A stretch of DNA of 64,000 nt from Trichinella spiralis. Its lineage: Eukaryota. Numbering within the stretch: the first letter of the stretch is position 1; every line of letters begins with the position of its first letter. A program made the translations under genes and the position numbers. The stretch covers positions 11,047,759 through 11,111,758 of the forward strand of contig NW_003526943.1 of assembly GCF_000181795.1 (NCBI RefSeq). Direction: 5' to 3'. This document shows, piece by piece, positions 13,315-28,167 of the stretch. The notes below the pieces were generated by a model. That model had not been told where the DNA came from. It ran no database searches and saw nothing but the letters and a program-made list of their open reading frames with translations.

Positions 13315-15826
13315 ATGTGCGACGTTGATGTCGAGCCTGCCGGGATGTTGAAATCATGGGAAAGCAAAAGTTTCCAGGTAAATTCACTTTTCCATTTTGA
13401 AATCATTTGATGTTTATTGTTGAAATTTATAAATTTTTCAATTTCATATTTTCGTGAATGAAAATTGAGAACTGCTAATTGAAATAATTTTATAAGTTTT
13501 GTTACATGCGTACAGATTTGCAGCAGTTGTGAGTAATAATTACATATCATAATGTTGAACAAAACTTGACACTTAGTGGTTGCTTTTCAACAATAAAAAG
13601 TTAGCTAAACCTTCAGTTAATTTTATTTTACTGAAAAATTTGTTTTATTATGTAAAAATTTTATGTTTACATCATCACTAATAATCATATCCTAAAGTTG
13701 CAATTGGGTTAAGTGAAATATGGCTAAAACTTTATTCTGTTCTTAGACAACTTTACTAAAAATGAAAAGGTATATATATATATTTGCTTGTTGTTTTAGC
13801 AAATAATTTTTGCACAGCAATGACCCTATTTTGAATTTTCGTTTTTAACATGAACAATAGAAGGAAAGCGAACTTTTTCCAACAAAACAAACATTTATTC
13901 ACCTTCTAAACAAGGCAATGATCACATTTTTTCAGGTTTAAATTTCCAAAAGTTCAAATGCTTTCATTCCCAATTACACATTTTATGAGATATTTCTTTT
14001 ATAATTAGCTGATAAAAAAGTTATTGTCATTTTTCAGATGTTTACGAAAATTATGAATTGTAAAAATTATCCAGAAAGTCAGGAAAAAGAAAAATTCAAT
14101 TTGAATTGTCGGAATTTGATAAAGAACAACTGTAGAACAATGGTAAACGGACTTGGCAGAAATTTACTTGACGATTCTACACAATTGTGCTGCCGTTGTC
14201 TTATCCGCATGTCACCGCCAGTGTTTATACCATTCATAACTGTACTCGAAGTGAGCAGTATATGAAATTATCAATTTATTAATAATTCAAAACAAAACAA
14301 ATAATGTTTTAGTTTTTGACGTTTGCCTATTATGCATTTCCGTATGGAACTTTAAATTTTGATAAGAAAATTTTAACACAGACCGCCTTTACGTACAGAC
14401 CGGATAAAAGGACACAAATTTGGCGGTTCATATTTTACATTCTTGTTCATGCTCGGTAAGTTGGACAAACTTTATCAATGTAAAAATAATAATAAAATCT
14501 TCTATTTGCATGCACAAAATTGGATGCTTAATTCATAAGTAATATTTTGAATGTAAATGTTGTTCAGCTTTTAATAGTGAATTGTGAGAGAAAAATTATG
14601 TAATTTATTAATTTTAAGTGGATTTGCCTTTTATGAAAATGCAAATTGCCATGGAAATTTTTAACGTTTCAAAGAATATCATGTTTAAAAAACAAATTAA
14701 CGACTTTATAGTTTCTTATGTGTGGTTTATTTTCAGATGGGTTCATCTTTTATTCAATTGCATTGTTCAGCTGCTTGTTGGTCTTCCCTTGGAAATTGTC
14801 CATGGAAGGAAAGCTGTTGCAATTGTTTACATGGCTGGTGTTCTAGCTGGTGAGTTTATTTCCTGTTTCACAATTCCTCTTTGCTCAATATGACTTTTTT
14901 CTGAAAATCATATTCATTTATGAAATTTATAAAGATACTTTTAAAGAATTCTAAAAATACTATTCTTTTCATGTTATAGGGAAGTGTATAATAAACGAAC
15001 AATTTGATTCAAATATTCATTGCATAATATATTTATCTATAAAAATACGGCTAATTTAATTTGAACTTTCTATATATGAAATATTTCATATAAAAACAGC
15101 ATTGCTTTAAAATAATTTAAATAATGCATTTCTTTGTTGCAAAGTTAGATATTTGATATACTAATTACAAAATGCACAATATCAGTGCTCAAATTTAAAG
15201 AATTAGAAGAACAATATTGATTAAATTATTTCACATAACGTACGATGTTCACATAACAAAGCAGCTATTAGACAAATTTTAGAATGTAATTTTGCACAAG
15301 CTATGCATAAGTATACACGGAAAATTGAAATTCAAATTCGTTGCATTTTTTATTTTTGTTGGAGTGATAAAATACAATTTCAGGTTCTCTGGCTATGAGT
15401 ATTTACGATTCTGAAGTTTGCTTAGTTGGTGCTTCTGGTGGTGTTTACGCTTTGATGGCAGCTCATATTTCAAACTTATTCTTGGTAAAGAAACAATTTA
15501 TTCAGATAAATTATATTACTAACTATTGTTTTTAGAACTTTTCATGCCTTGAATGCAGGACCCTGCGCATTTTTAGTATTATTTTGGTTGCATTAACAGA
15601 TATTGGCTTTTCCATTTGGAACCGTTTTCACGCAAGCAACTTTGTGGATTTTCCTTCTTCATATGTGGCTCATTTAGCGGGTTCAGTGGCAGGATTTGTT
15701 GTTGGCTTGATAGTTTTAAAAAATTTTGGTCAACACTTTGATGATCAATTTATCTGGTGGGTTTCACTGTCATTGTGTGTTGCCAGCATGCTTACAGCAA
15801 TAATATGGAACATATTCTTCTATTAA
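13315..15826 (+). CDS. Rhomboid intramembrane serine protease (RHBDL/rom-like)
   Basis: Exons near 13315-13377 (tentative), 14038-14250, 14313-14455, 14737-14849, 15384-15484, 15536-15826. Motifs [22 protein letters not shown] (catalytic Ser), SYVAHLAG (catalytic His). Confidence 0.9.
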
Positions 15827-16277
15827 ATTTATTGTTTATGTTTCTAAAAATTGGTAATAAATAATCTGAAATATAATAGTTGGGCATTTTATTTTTTCGA
15901 AATATTTTTATTCACGCAAACAAATGACTATGAATTTAAATAAAATTTGCGCTCTTACGTGATAATTTTTGCTCTTCTTATCACAAAAACTTTGAACTTT
16001 ATTTATTTAAACTTATTTTTACCGTAAAATAGTATTTTACTACAAAGTATACGATCTATTCATAGATTAAAAAATATGTTAACTTGTATTTGAAAATTGT
16101 TTTAAGCATTCAGGGTATTTACCAAAAATAAACAGAAAATTTCTGACATTTTCATTTTATTAAGCATTTGAAAAACAACTTTATATTTTCATTTTATTAT
16201 TATTTTAATTCATATATGATAATAAAAATGCGAGCAATTTTTGCATGACTGAAAGAGCATAAAATTTTAAATCGTGA

Positions 16278-19207
16278 TTATAATGACTGAACAGTACTCA
16301 AACCATTGTATTCATAGCTCTTTGAATGTATACTTCTTTGACCACTCCTGAGAAGCAGCTGCTCCATGAGCAGCTTGCGAAATGTACGATTAAAAACCAT
16401 GTTGACAAAAAAAGGCGCAACTACGTTTAAAACGCAAAGAAAATTAGTGAAAACATGCGTAAGACATAGGGAAATGTTTTGTTCCAACTGTGAGCCTCTC
16501 AACGCAGCGGCGATGAAAACGCACAGGCTGGGAGATTCCAATACCCAATAAGAGAACGCCGTTGCAATGGTGATGCGCAGCATACACTGCCTTTGCTGAC
16601 TGAATCTCGAGCGCATTGAACATTTATGCAAATTGTAGGCTATTTTTGCCGAAAGGATAATCATACCCGTAATTGGAAGGACAATAACCGTTGCCGAATG
16701 GAGCCAAAAATAAACACGCTCATAAACTTCATAGCCAAGGCCACTTCTTAGGACTAATTTGAAATTGTGCTCACAATGTCCCAGATGATCACAGAGAGGT
16801 CCAACGGTTTCTTCCACTTCCAGCATTACTGGCAAGCCAACGTGAAGTAGACAAGACAAAATCGAACAAACTGCAATTATCTTTTTATCGCGTTGCACTT
16901 TGCTTAAAATGTGAAATTTCATAGGCTTAGCAATGCACAAATACGTATCAGCAGTAATTGCCACGGTACACCTAAATATATTTAAACATATACGCATATT
17001 ATATATATAAGCAACAGTATGCATATTCATATTTTATAATCGGTATGATAGGAAAAAAATCATTTAAATATTTTTGCTTGCAGGTTAAAAAAGAACTTTA
17101 CTATTACTGTTATAAATTAATTAAAGTGAAGCTTTGCAGCAAAAAAACTAGCATTATTTGATTAAAATCACAATTTAATGTGTTCATCAACTGCTTCTTA
17201 TAAACGGCTTTTATTAAAATTGCCGTAAAAAATAAACGCAAAGATTCAAAAGATGATGATTTCAGATATCTTTGATTAAACTTTTATTAGATAATTAAAA
17301 ATTATAAAGCAAAACAAACAAAACATAATAAAGGAAATGCATCATCTTTTCAAAGTAATGATCTGCTTTGCTTCAAGGCATTGATTCATAAAAGGAACGG
17401 TGACATTTCGAATGTGTTGGAGTAATTGAATTTTATGCTTGGAATTTTTTTATGTCATTAAATTAGAAATTCACAACGAGAAGTTTTCATTAAGATTTTT
17501 CTTTTATTTTTCCAAAGCAATATCATATGTTAATCATGCTTCGCATAAATTAGCGCCCATGAAATACTATTCAGCGAATCAATAAACAGAAACAAAAGAC
17601 CTTCAAATATATTAACCTGTAACAAAAAATTACTGCGAAATAAAACACTGAAAATGCTGCGTTGCAATTAAAAAAATTGCAAAATTTTATTTATCAAAAT
17701 TTACAAAACTAAGATTGATGATTATCTTTTTTGATCTTCTTAAAATGCTCCACAACAGATCATATGAACAAATAAATTAAGCATAAAAATTTTTACAAAA
17801 CTCTTTTATAAATGTACTTAAATTTTTTCTTCATTTTAAATGAAACTTGTCACTTAAACTATATTTGAATTATAATAAATGTAATACAGTTTAAAGTTTT
17901 CTAAAATTTATTTTTACTTAGTACAACAGATTTATTATAGAGCTTAATAGATCATACTGTTGAACTGAAGACCTAAAAGCTATTTAGTAAAATTTATAAG
18001 AGCATTTTATAAAAACTTTGATATAATAATAAATCACATTTCACTGCACATTAAATAATGCATGAATAATAATTATTGCGAATAGTTTCAAATTATATAA
18101 TCAGTAAAATGATATGCTAAAATGAGAAAAAAGAAAGCTTGCTTAATAATTCATTTCTCAAGAAAAGCAGTGATTCATAAAAATAAATGACCCATAAAAA
18201 ATATCATGACACTTGAATGTTGTTACTAAGATCATCTTACTTTTAAATTGTATATTAACAGAATATCAATAATGCAAAAAACAATGTAAAGTAGCAAAGC
18301 ATATCTTAATATGAAATACAGATGTATAAATATCTTATATGATAAGTATTTTTCTTGAATTTCATATCTGTGCTGTTTCTCTTTAGAATCTTATCTGAAA
18401 CTTTACTAATAAATTCAAATTAAATTTGCTTGACATAAAAGCTAATTTTTAGAATGTAATAATAATAATAATAAATTTGAACTGCAACAACAAAAGTTGT
18501 AAAAATGAGCGAACTGAAAGATGTTTTAAATATCATAAAATACAATTTATTGTAATGTGACAACAAAACTTCTTCTCATTAGATAAAACAAACCTAATAG
18601 TATTACATGCAAATGGACTACTTTTGAAAATTTATTCATCTTTTTTTGCATTTGCTTTCATTCAAAGAGCATCTTTGATCAGATCAATCCACAATCAATG
18701 TAGCATTATTAGATAATATTTATGATTCATGATTTGATGGACTTACCAGACGGCCAAGCAAGCATTGGTATTCAAAAGGAAAAGTGTATAGGGACGAATT
18801 CTCCAAGAGAACCGTTTCATTCTCGATTGGTCTGGCACCAGAGTGTGAAAGGTTTCAATGGCCAAAAAGAGCACCAACGCCAAATTGGCGTATGATTTGG
18901 CGACGAGCAATGTTAGCATTGCTGCACGTCGAAGGTAACTGCTTCTGTAGACCAGAATGCTGAACACGTTGCCAATGAAGCCGCTGAACAAAACGAACGG
19001 CACAATATATGTAAATATGGATCGTTTGGTCTTTTCGCACAGCTGAAGCGACCCCGGATCTTCGCCAGTTTGGGGCTCATCTCCGCAGATTAAAGTCAAA
19101 TTTTCCACATAACACTTGGCAAGCTCTTTGATCGCAATGCGGATAATTTCCTTGTCATACTCACTGCCATTGAAGCTTGATTCAACAACAGCGCCGCCGG
19201 ACGACAT
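16278..19207 (-). CDS. Class A 7TM GPCR, neuropeptide/FMRFamide-receptor-like (2 coding exons)
   Basis: Exons 19207-18747 and 16971-16278 join in a Trp codon. TM1 GFIGN, TM3 ADTYLCIAKP, TM5 IVLP, TM6 ESP, helix 8 NRTFRK. Confidence 0.85.
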
Positions 19208-22200
19208 CCAACCGACCGACCGTTAGTGTCAAAAAATTAAATATTTTTACCAGTAAAAAGAGCGGAAAATTATAGCTGGCTTTTCAAACTTTTTCCTCTT
19301 CCTCCACGTTCGGAACCAATCTAGAGAACAAGATGAATAAGCAGAATAATTGTTACTGTAAGCAAAATTTTTGTATACATTCAATGTAATAATGCTGCAG
19401 TAAACGCGCTGCTGTGCAATGTCACCGGCTTCAGAATCAATCCTCGATTTCAGCTAATTATATTCATGTTTAACATCGCTACTGGCTACATTCTTCCGTC
19501 CGAAGCGTCAATTTAGTTTTTACGCCGTTGACAGATGCTAGGCGGCGTAAAATCAATTCGCATCATTCCTATTTTGATGGTCAATTGATAAGCTCTGTGC
19601 TTTCACTTTTGAATAAATTCTCAAAACCGATTTTAACAGAATATTAAGCTTTTCATTCAATTATTCGAATGCTTTCACACAACTTCACATTCTTCAAAAC
19701 TAACATGGGATGTTTGAAAAAAGCACAATAATAATAATAATAATAAAAGTAACGCAATCGCTTACATTATTATAATAAGCAGATGAGAGAAAAATAACCT
19801 AATGGCAATTTTGCTTTTGTTCTAAACACAGAATGCAAACTCTGTACACGCATACAAGCATGCCAATCTTTATGAAATGTGAAAATAAATGCAAATTAAA
19901 AAAAATAAGCAGTAGAACTTACCTCTCAAAAAGAGGACTATGCTGTTCCACATTCACAACTGGATTATTTTAAATTCAAATTAATAATATTCACCGTAAT
20001 GAAGCACGGCGTGAAACAATTAGATTAACATTGCATCTGTCGATATCTTAAAATTAAGCTTATTTTAAAAAAACGCATTTACTTTAAAATTAAATTTACA
20101 ATTTTCATTATAAAAAGCTCTTGTTTATTATGCTAAGCACAGTTTCATTAGGCTTTTTAGGAGAAATAATCAGAACTTTTAACTGGATTTTTAAAAACAA
20201 ACAAGAAAGAGAAGGAGAGTTCATATGCATGATTTTAAAATTTCCCTCATATAATGTTAAAATTCTACAATCTCTACATGAAGAAATACTTCAGTTATTC
20301 AATAGAAACAAAGTCATTTGAAAATTTTATTCATTTTTAATGACTAAATTGAAATAATCTTCAGTTTCATGTCCATTATTAGTGACAAATAAAATAACAA
20401 AACTATATATCAATAAATAATATATTTTAACATTTTAATGATCAGAATTTTTTTCTTGTTTAAAAATGTTTACCAGCTTAAACTTGAATAACTTTTGTAA
20501 TTTTTGAAAAACTAGACAAAAGCATCATGTCATTGCAATGATCTAAACGCTAAATTGAAACTTTTTCAACTATTTCAGATAGTATTTTTAATTTATTTAA
20601 TTTAAATGTTTATTTTTGATTACAGTTCATTTTATAATAACCTAAACTTTGTACATCGAGTCAATAACTGTTCCAGAATTACTTTGTTTTACTTTCAATG
20701 AAAACTGCACATTTCATTCTATTATTTGAAAAGTTACCTTGAAAATATGTTTTTCATAATTTCTACTCACTCTGTTTCTTTGAAGTATTTATTTACTAGT
20801 CATATTATTGTCGCATTTATGTGTATTTTTATGAATATGTTTTTTGTTATTATGAAATTTATCATGATTATGATATAATGAAATTTGGCAAGAGAAAAAT
20901 AAATTAACTTAAATTTTAACATTAAAAAAGTGAAAAAACTGTTTTTAAGTATCTTTCAAAATTACCTTTCATGCATATCACAAAAAGCAACGCATTTTTA
21001 ATTTATCATTCACATAATAATGATATTTATATAAGAAAATGATCATTTGAATCAATAAAAATGCTCAAATGTTTCTTATTATTTAATTTTTTTCAAAATT
21101 TTTAAAAAATAAAATTTTTTTAAAATTCTGTTAAATAAATGTTTAAATCGTTGCATCATTTGAAATCACATCAATGTACAGCATCATCCAAAGCCTAAAT
21201 AATGAATGTAGGAAGTTTACTTCGCATTGTTTTTTTTATATATCAGAAATAATTTTATCAGTATTTGTAGCATTTATTTGTTTTTTCAAATAAATAAAAG
21301 CAAAAATATGTAAATTATAAATATTTCTTCACAACTGCAACAGAATATGGAAAACAATATTTATTTATTCGTCATAAAATGCTTATACTTTACGTTGCTA
21401 AAGCAGTTTATTTATTTGAAACAAGCATTCATTGGAAATAAGCACAAACATTAAAGAACAAAAGAAAATATAACACATGCAATGTGTATTTTTATTTAAA
21501 CTATTACCATTTTTTGCTTGATGAAAATATTGCAAACAATTGCCATTTGGAATTTTAAACACTCTTGAACACTGACTTGAAATGCTTGTCAACTGTGAAA
21601 TGTGATCAGCAAGATGGAGTAATTGCTTACTTATTGTTTGGAGTAATTATTCATTTGTATACTCTTAAGAATATAATTAAATAAGTGATTAGTAGGAAAA
21701 GTCAGACTGCTTTATGCGAATGATATCAACAAGCGGCAAATACTACATTAAAGTTATTAAAATGACACATGACCACAACTGCATAATTTCTTAAACAGCT
21801 GCATCAGCATATGAATATATAAACAAATAAATGCATATGCATACGCATTTATATATAAATTCAGAATATACATGTAAAACCTTTGAGTTATGTAATATTT
21901 AACAAAGGTTATTTTTAATAAAGGAAAACTTAAAATATGTAAAGTAATGTTACAAATAAAATTGAAAAAGTTATTTTCACAAAAAATTTCAAGTGATTCA
22001 TTCGAAAAGACAAACCAGTACCTAATAACTTCATTAATTTTGATACTAGTAAAAAATTGATCAGCACACGATTTTTATTTATAAATTTTATTTTTGATAG
22101 TGTAAAAATTTAATCTTTTAAACAGTTAATTCAAAATTAGTCTAATTTTTTCAAAAATACTTCAGTCAAATTTAATGAAATATAAAAAAAGGATAATTAT

Positions 22201-23389
22201 AAATGATCACTTCTCATCTCAAAAAAATAATCACCAATAAAAGCAGTATCACAAGTGATGATGGCCAAGAATACAATAAAACTGCAAGCAGAATAATAAT
22301 TAATGCTACGCATTATATGCAAATTGCAGTATAACTTAAATTTTTTTTCTAATTTGCATTTAAAAAATGAATTTAAAAAAATTTCTTTACTAAGCAAATC
22401 TTCAGAAAAATAAATTATAATATTTAACAAATAAATAATGCCCCTTAAGTGTAGAAGAATTTTTATTTATTCAAAGAAGAGAAAAACATTCTTTTACCAA
22501 AGTTGCAAATGAGAGATGAAACTGCTAGCAATAATTGTACATTGAATAAATTTTACTCGATAAAATTTGTTTGCATATGAGTGGTGTAAAACAAGCTATT
22601 ATCAACTTAGTGGAAGAGATGATAAAAAATTACAATAGCACTTTTTGAAATGCAACATAGCACGGTATCTACAGATTTTTATTTCGAATCAGTGGCATAT
22701 TATGAATTTCATAATTACAAAAAAAGAAACTTTAAATTAACAATTTTTAATTTGGATCTGACTGAGTCTTCAGTCTTCATAAAAAATTCAGTATCTGTAA
22801 TTATTTTTTTCTATACATAGCATTTCATAGTATAAATATCTATAAATAAATTATATTGTACAACGTTTATAAAATATCAATTTCTGTTGAATAAAAAATG
22901 TACATTTATTGCAATAAGGTTTCAACATTGATTTCAATAAAAAAGTTATGAAATTGGCAAAACACAGTATCAATAGGAAACCTTAAAATTAAATATATGA
23001 TTATAAACAATTTTATCAATTGAAAATTAAATCACCAAACAAAACGAAAAAAAATAATGTAAATTTAATATATCAGAAATGAAAATTACTTCTTCAGAAA
23101 GCTTGTTATTTTCTTTTCAATAGCATATAGATAGAATAGTGTAAAGTGAAGAGCACCAATTTCACCTGCTGACTTTGCTATTAATAAGCAATTCAGCAAT
23201 TGGTAACGCTGCTAATATGATATAATCTAATTAAATATTATAGCAATAACTTTAAAGTTTTCAAATCATGATTTTTAAATTAAAAAATTTTTTCAGACGT
23301 TTGAATTATATTTCATAAATGACCTACAGTTTCTCATCTCATGTGTGCTTCTTCGGAAAAAATATATGCGCATATATACATTATACATA

Positions 23390-23393
<4 letters not shown>

Positions 23394-23424
<31 letters not shown>
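23394..23424. repeat. (AT)n microsatellite
   Basis: About 15 uninterrupted AT units. Confidence 0.9.
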
Positions 23425-23427
<3 letters not shown>

Positions 23428-23702
23428 AATGCTGCATTATAATTTCATTTACTACTTCAGTTACTCTGGAAACCAGAGAAGCATGCAAATGTTGAAAAGA
23501 TCAATATATTACAATAATTAACGCTTTACTGATTAATTCGTTCCATTTTCTTCAATACAATTCGATCTACTTTTGTTGTTCAGTTTCTGATCTGAGGTAT
23601 AGCAAACAGCAGAGACAAAGAATTTTACGATCAATTTTTGCATTTTAAATCCATTCAAAAACAAAATAGGAAAAAATATAAAAATGTGCAGTTTATTAAT
23701 TG

Positions 23703-26700
23703 TTAAGTATAATAACAATTTCTCCCTCCCGTGAATAAAAAACTTTCATCTTTTCTATTTCTTTTATTGAAAAAATGATGAAATCTGCGCCAGAGAATCT
23801 TTGTTCGCGGGAAGGCTAGTAAATTCGGGAAAACAATTAAACATGTAATTAATTAATTCACGGAGGAAAACTTCCAAACGTCTACGTCGCAGTTCGACAA
23901 AATTTTCATTCTAAATCACAAAATTCTATTATAAAATGAAATTAGCAATAACTGAAGCATTCACCTTGTGACCGAAATTCTTTTTTCCAGGAAAAGGAAT
24001 ACGCAACACGTTTGGATCTAACCGAGCCATTTGAACACGCAATTCATAAAACTGCCTATACCTTCTGTACATCGTAAACTCAACATCGTTTATTTTTATA
24101 AAGATCTTAAAAAACAACAATTGAAACATAATCTTATAATAAAGTCACCACATACAACACATCAAATAATATACCTGATACATGTGATGTATATCAAATG
24201 CTTTACCCGTCAAAAATACGGCTGGAATCCAAACCACAACTGTCGTGTTGGAATTATTACTAAAATAATTTTTCTTATATTTGATGTTTAAATGACTGAA
24301 TAAAAAAGTACAGAAAAAATATATATATACCTAGTTACCGAATTACCGGTGACAGATTTTTCTCGGTCGCATACCTTAATACAAAGTTTAACCATTAAAT
24401 TATAAAAAACGCACTTATTTGCTTTACCTTATCAGAATTGCAATAAATTTTATTGTGCAAATCAAGAATGGTATGATTTTGGCGTGTTATTTGCTTCACA
24501 AGCATTGTGTTCATCTCCATCACTTCGCTGTACATCATGGCCAGCTAAAAATGTGCAAACTTGGACAAAAACAAAAAAAGTAATTCAAGAAATTATCTAC
24601 CTCTTGAAATTTATCTGTCAATACAGCATTTTCTCTAGAATCTAAATTAACAATATTCAAATATGCCAAATAATCAGTTCAACTTACAAACAAAGTTACC
24701 TTCACTACATGAAGCCATATGCGGTTCAGGGGATGAATTCCTCCTACTCATTCTTTTATCTTTATTAAATTGTTGTTCTTTCTCAGACAGCATTCTGAAC
24801 AAAACAAAATAAGTTCTCAACACACAAATGATATATTTTACAAATAATTAAATTCAATTTAACAACAGTACTCACACAAACAACCTTTCCAACTCTAAAT
24901 TGGTTTCCAATTTAAAGTGGGATATTTCTGACCGCAAATCTTCATTCTCAAGTTTAAGAGATGCCACTTCATTCAACAAACTATTCAAAGACATAACATT
25001 ACACCTGAAAAATAAATTAAAATTAAAATTAAATTAAATTTCAATAAAAAAGTAATTTACCTTTCGGACCAAAATGTAGAACTTTTAGATGAAATACTTT
25101 CATTCTGACCATCCGGCAATTCTGTAAAACACATTCAGCGTGATTTAAATCTAAAATGACTGTTCATTTTTAATCAATTGCTAATTGCAAGTTTATTTTT
25201 TTTAATATACTGTTTCATCCACCAATTATTGCATTTAAATCATTCTTTCATTTGCAAAAAATACAAATTTTTTGCAAATGGAAAATGTAAAATTCACCAA
25301 AACAAAAAAATGAAACATAGTGAAGAAACATATGAAAGCTGAAATTTTCATCATAAATGATTAAAAGGAAAAATACACTACCTCGCTTATTTAAATCTGA
25401 ATCCGTGTTCTCCAATAAATGCAACTCTTCCAACTTCATGGCTGAAGATGCAGCATCGCGATCACTGTAACAAAAAACAAATTTCTACGTTGATATATAT
25501 AAGTCCTTTTTTTTCCAAATAAAACACTGCATAAAAAAATCACCGCTCTGATTCAAACGATACAAGATTCACTTGGGGCTTGCGTTTGAATTTTTGACTT
25601 TCACTGCTGCCTTCGCCAATTACCATAAAAGGAAGCGGAGTTTTCCTAACGCAATCCAACGACACCAATGAAAGATCATCAAATTCGCTTACAACATTAC
25701 GATTCAACGATTCTTCGTCGAAATCCAAAGAAAACCTGACACATTTTATTCCTAAGATAAAAATATTACTTTTATTCCACAAAAATCTGAACACAATTTT
25801 AAAAACAACATCTGTACCTCTAATAAGTTGGCGTAAACTTAAAACTTTCTCAGCATCACGCAAAAATGCCCACTCTTCATAACACTTTCTGAAAACAAGC
25901 ACAATCAAAAATCGGGTCAGAAAATAAACCGCATATACTCAATCAAAGCACTGTTCGATAAAAACAAATTCAAATATTTCTCAAAAGTTGCTTCGTTCAA
26001 CGAACACCTGAGCCACGCTTTTAAGCGGCCAACCCCTGTTGAAACACACTGAAGCTTTTCCAGTCGATCAATGTCACTTTTGTCCAAAATTTGTTTCATA
26101 GCATTCCACAATTCTAAAATTAACTCAATTCAACATCAACTGTATTTCCAATTTGAATTCTGAATACAAAAAATACACACTAAACAATTTTAAAAGAGAC
26201 TACAGTAATAGTATTGGATATTAGATTATCAAGTTAACTTACATCAACAAAGATCTGCGTGGAACTAATTTGGAAATATCTTAAAAGAAATCGTGTTAAA
26301 AATACATAAATCGAACCCAATTACAGACATTTTAAAAACAATTACTAAACACATTCACTTTCTAATCAAAAAATGTTACCTACATCATACAGCATTACCT
26401 ATTTAATACAACACTCACCATTATCGCATGCCGCATTTCCGTAACTGCCCAAATCCAGATTAAATTTGCTCACCCAATCGGTCATTTCTCTTAAAATTAA
26501 AAATACATTTGTAATTTTCAAGTAATAATAGACTGTTTTGAAAAAACTGCAGAGTTTGCAATGGAGTTCCATTATCGAAACACATTACAATTCAATTCAG
26601 TTCAATTAAGCAACTTTTCAACAAGCAAAAACAAAAAATCTCTCAACACTTTACTTTACTACAGGTACGTCGCTGAATCTTCGTCTCAAACCATGAAATA

Positions 26701-27451
26701 AAACAGACTCGACTGCAGAAAGAAAATAACTGACAATACTGTTTTTATCAGTTGCAACGTTCGAATCCGTTTTCCCAAAAGCAATTTCACACTAAAAAAA
26801 GCGCGCAAAACATACAGCTCTAATGCAAAAATAAAATTCATAAACGACTGAAATTCAAAGATACAACTTCCGGGTATTCAAACTTACACTTCAAGCGGAC
26901 GATAATTTCAAATTTTAAACGTTATCAAACTTTTAAAAACATCAGTTACAAAAAACCTTTTGAGCATTATAAGTCTGTAAAATAAATTAATATTTGATAC
27001 AGTTTTACAAAAACTTTCAAACAGAGCAAAGAACATCAATCAAACTGTAACTGCAACACAATTGGCACAAATTCAACTGTTATAAGCAATTCAATATAAA
27101 TTATAAATTCAATATTTAAATATAAATATGAACAATTTGACAAATTAAAAGAAACCAATACATATACCTGAATAATCTTAAAATATTATCAATTCATGAT
27201 ATTAACTTTTCAAATTCTAAAAACACAGTTTTTGAAAATTCTCAAACTTCCTACATATTAGTACCAAGCAATCAGTGTCAGATAAAAAATATTCAAACTT
27301 TCAATTAATAGATATTCAGTAAAAATAACAATGCAAAGTATTTTCAAATAATTACCTGCTTTCCAGTTTCTAGCAGTTTCAAAAGCAAGATGCCTCGAAT
27401 ATGAGCATGACATATGAGAGATATAGAACTCGTCCCAGAACTATTCGACAT
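23703..27451 (-). CDS. SNX29: Sorting nexin-29-like (RUN + coiled coil + PX)
   Basis: Exon 1 ...[11 protein letters not shown] joins [20 protein letters not shown] motif [15 protein letters not shown] domain [40 protein letters not shown]. Stop TAA 23703-23705. Confidence 0.85.
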
Positions 27452-28167
27452 AATAAGCTGCTCAAATGTAATTTCCGACCACCAGAAAATGGACACCAAA
27501 AAATAAACTAACCAAATTTTCCAATAATAAGAAAAATAAATAGTCATATGCTACATGTACATTATAAGTATGCTAAATTCTGGTTACAGTAAATAGTCAT
27601 TCTTGATTATCTTCATCATGTTATTTCCTTTTGTAAACCAGTTTATGTCGTAATTATTCGAATATCTCATTTACCGTTGGAGAATCGAATTAATTTAATC
27701 GATGAGAATTTCTTCGTTGTGAAGTTTTATTAAGCGAAACTGGAGCAGAAGATTAATCACTAATTAAAAGTAAATTTTTGTTCACAGTTTTCAAGATGAT
27801 GAAGTATTTCTAGCGAGGCTACAGTTTTGAGAATTGAGGCTCCCATAAATTATGCATTTAATTAATTTTAAAAGGCTAGGACATCACGTGCACTGCTTTA
27901 CTTCTCACAAACCGTATTGTTTTAACCCAGTTTTGAAGAATATTCTTTACGTGCCGAAAGAATTGTATTTTATTTGAAAAAATGTTTTCGAATGATATTT
28001 TCTCTTTTTCTGCCACAATAATTTAAAGTGCTGATTTAATAAAAAGCAAAAATTTCCATATAAAATTAATTTTTCCATTGTCAAAGTTATCTATAAGCAT
28101 GTTGCTGTTATATTTTGATACGCTGTTTATTAGCTTCAAGGGATTGTTTTTTTTAGCCTGCCGTAGA

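Noticed and set aside
20000..23650. Several 60-80 aa ORFs in the AT-rich gap
   Set aside because: Phe/Ile/Lys/Asn-biased chance ORFs with no motifs or coherent splice structure. The same applies to most ORFs in 38600-44200.
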